The notes below the pieces were generated by a model. That model searched no databases. It was not told the origin of the DNA and saw only the letters and a program-made list of their open reading frames with translations. A DNA stretch of 64,000 nt from Octopus vulgaris (lineage: Eukaryota), in the NCBI GenBank assembly GCA_951406725.2, contig OX597830.1:63116001-63180000 (forward strand), in the 5' to 3' direction. The stretch's first letter is position 1; every line of letters starts with the position of its first letter. Shown here in pieces: positions 63,227-64,000 of this stretch. Both the position numbers and the translations under genes were made by a program.

Positions 63227-64000
63227 CTACAATACAAAAGAGGAAATACAAATAAATATTAAATGTATATCAGAAATTATATAATCTCTTACACTGGTGC
63301 AGGCATGGCCGAGTGGTTTTAGGTTCAGCCCCAGACAATGGTAGATTGGACAAGTGACATTGACCAACCAGTACCTTGTCAGTGATTTTGGTAGACAAGT
63401 CAATGTGGCTGTGTGTGTGCATAGCTGTGCCTTTTTGTATTTCCCTGTGCGGAATTTATTTTACATAGTGCAGCAAAAAATACATGGTTAGAATAAGTAA
63501 CAAACAGATGAAAAAAGTACTGGGGTCACTTTGATCAACTAATGTCCAATAAAGTTACCTATACTCTCTTTTACTTGTTTCAGTCATTTGACTGCGGCCA
63601 TGCTGGAGCACCGCCTTTAGTCAAGCAAATCGACCCCGGGACTTATTCTTTGTAAGCCCAGTACTTATTCTATCAGTCTCTTTTGCCGAACCGCTCATTG
63701 ACGAGGACGTAAACACACCAGCATCAGTTGTCAAGCAATGCTAGGGGACAAACACAAACACACATATATATATACATATATACGACGGGCTTCTTTCAGT
63801 TTCCGTCTACCAAATCCACTCACAAGGCTTTGGTCAGCCCGGGGCTATAGCAGAAGACACTTGCCCAAGATGCCACGCAGTGGGACTGAACCCAGAACCA
63901 TGTGGTTGTTAGCAAACTACTTACCACACAGCCACTCCTGCGCTATGGATAAGAATAATTAAGCTCATCCTTATGGTAAGACTCAGTGCCTTGAGACACC

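Overview
Eukaryotic, AT-rich, repeat-dense DNA. The SINE/LINE repertoire resembles coleoid cephalopod (probably Octopus) sequence; this is an inference. Three spliced genes are visible. (1) A probable terminal coding exon plus long 3' UTR of an unidentified + strand membrane-protein gene (about 2.26-5.9 kb). (2) A complete 3-coding-exon minus-strand gene for a secreted, probably GPI-anchored Ly6/uPAR three-finger (quiver/sleepless-like) protein (exons 26703-26748, 18883-19023, 13078-13325), which the ORF track misses. (3) The last eight coding exons of PA2G4/EBP1 on the minus strand (50190-63226); its 5' part lies beyond the window. The rest is mobile and repetitive DNA: several SINE families, RTE, CR1 and R4/Dong-like LINE fragments, a Penelope-like RT remnant between long inverted repeats, non-autonomous Helitrons, mariner and piggyBac-type MITEs, foldback elements, a 32-bp minisatellite with a 710-bp higher-order repeat, and microsatellites. 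Nearly all long ORFs in the track are repeat artefacts. I found no CRISPR array, rRNA or true tRNA, and nothing I can firmly call a new biological system. The best leads are the Ly6 gene, the Penelope element with hammerhead-like relics, the minisatellite open in all three minus frames, and inverted SINE pairs around exons.
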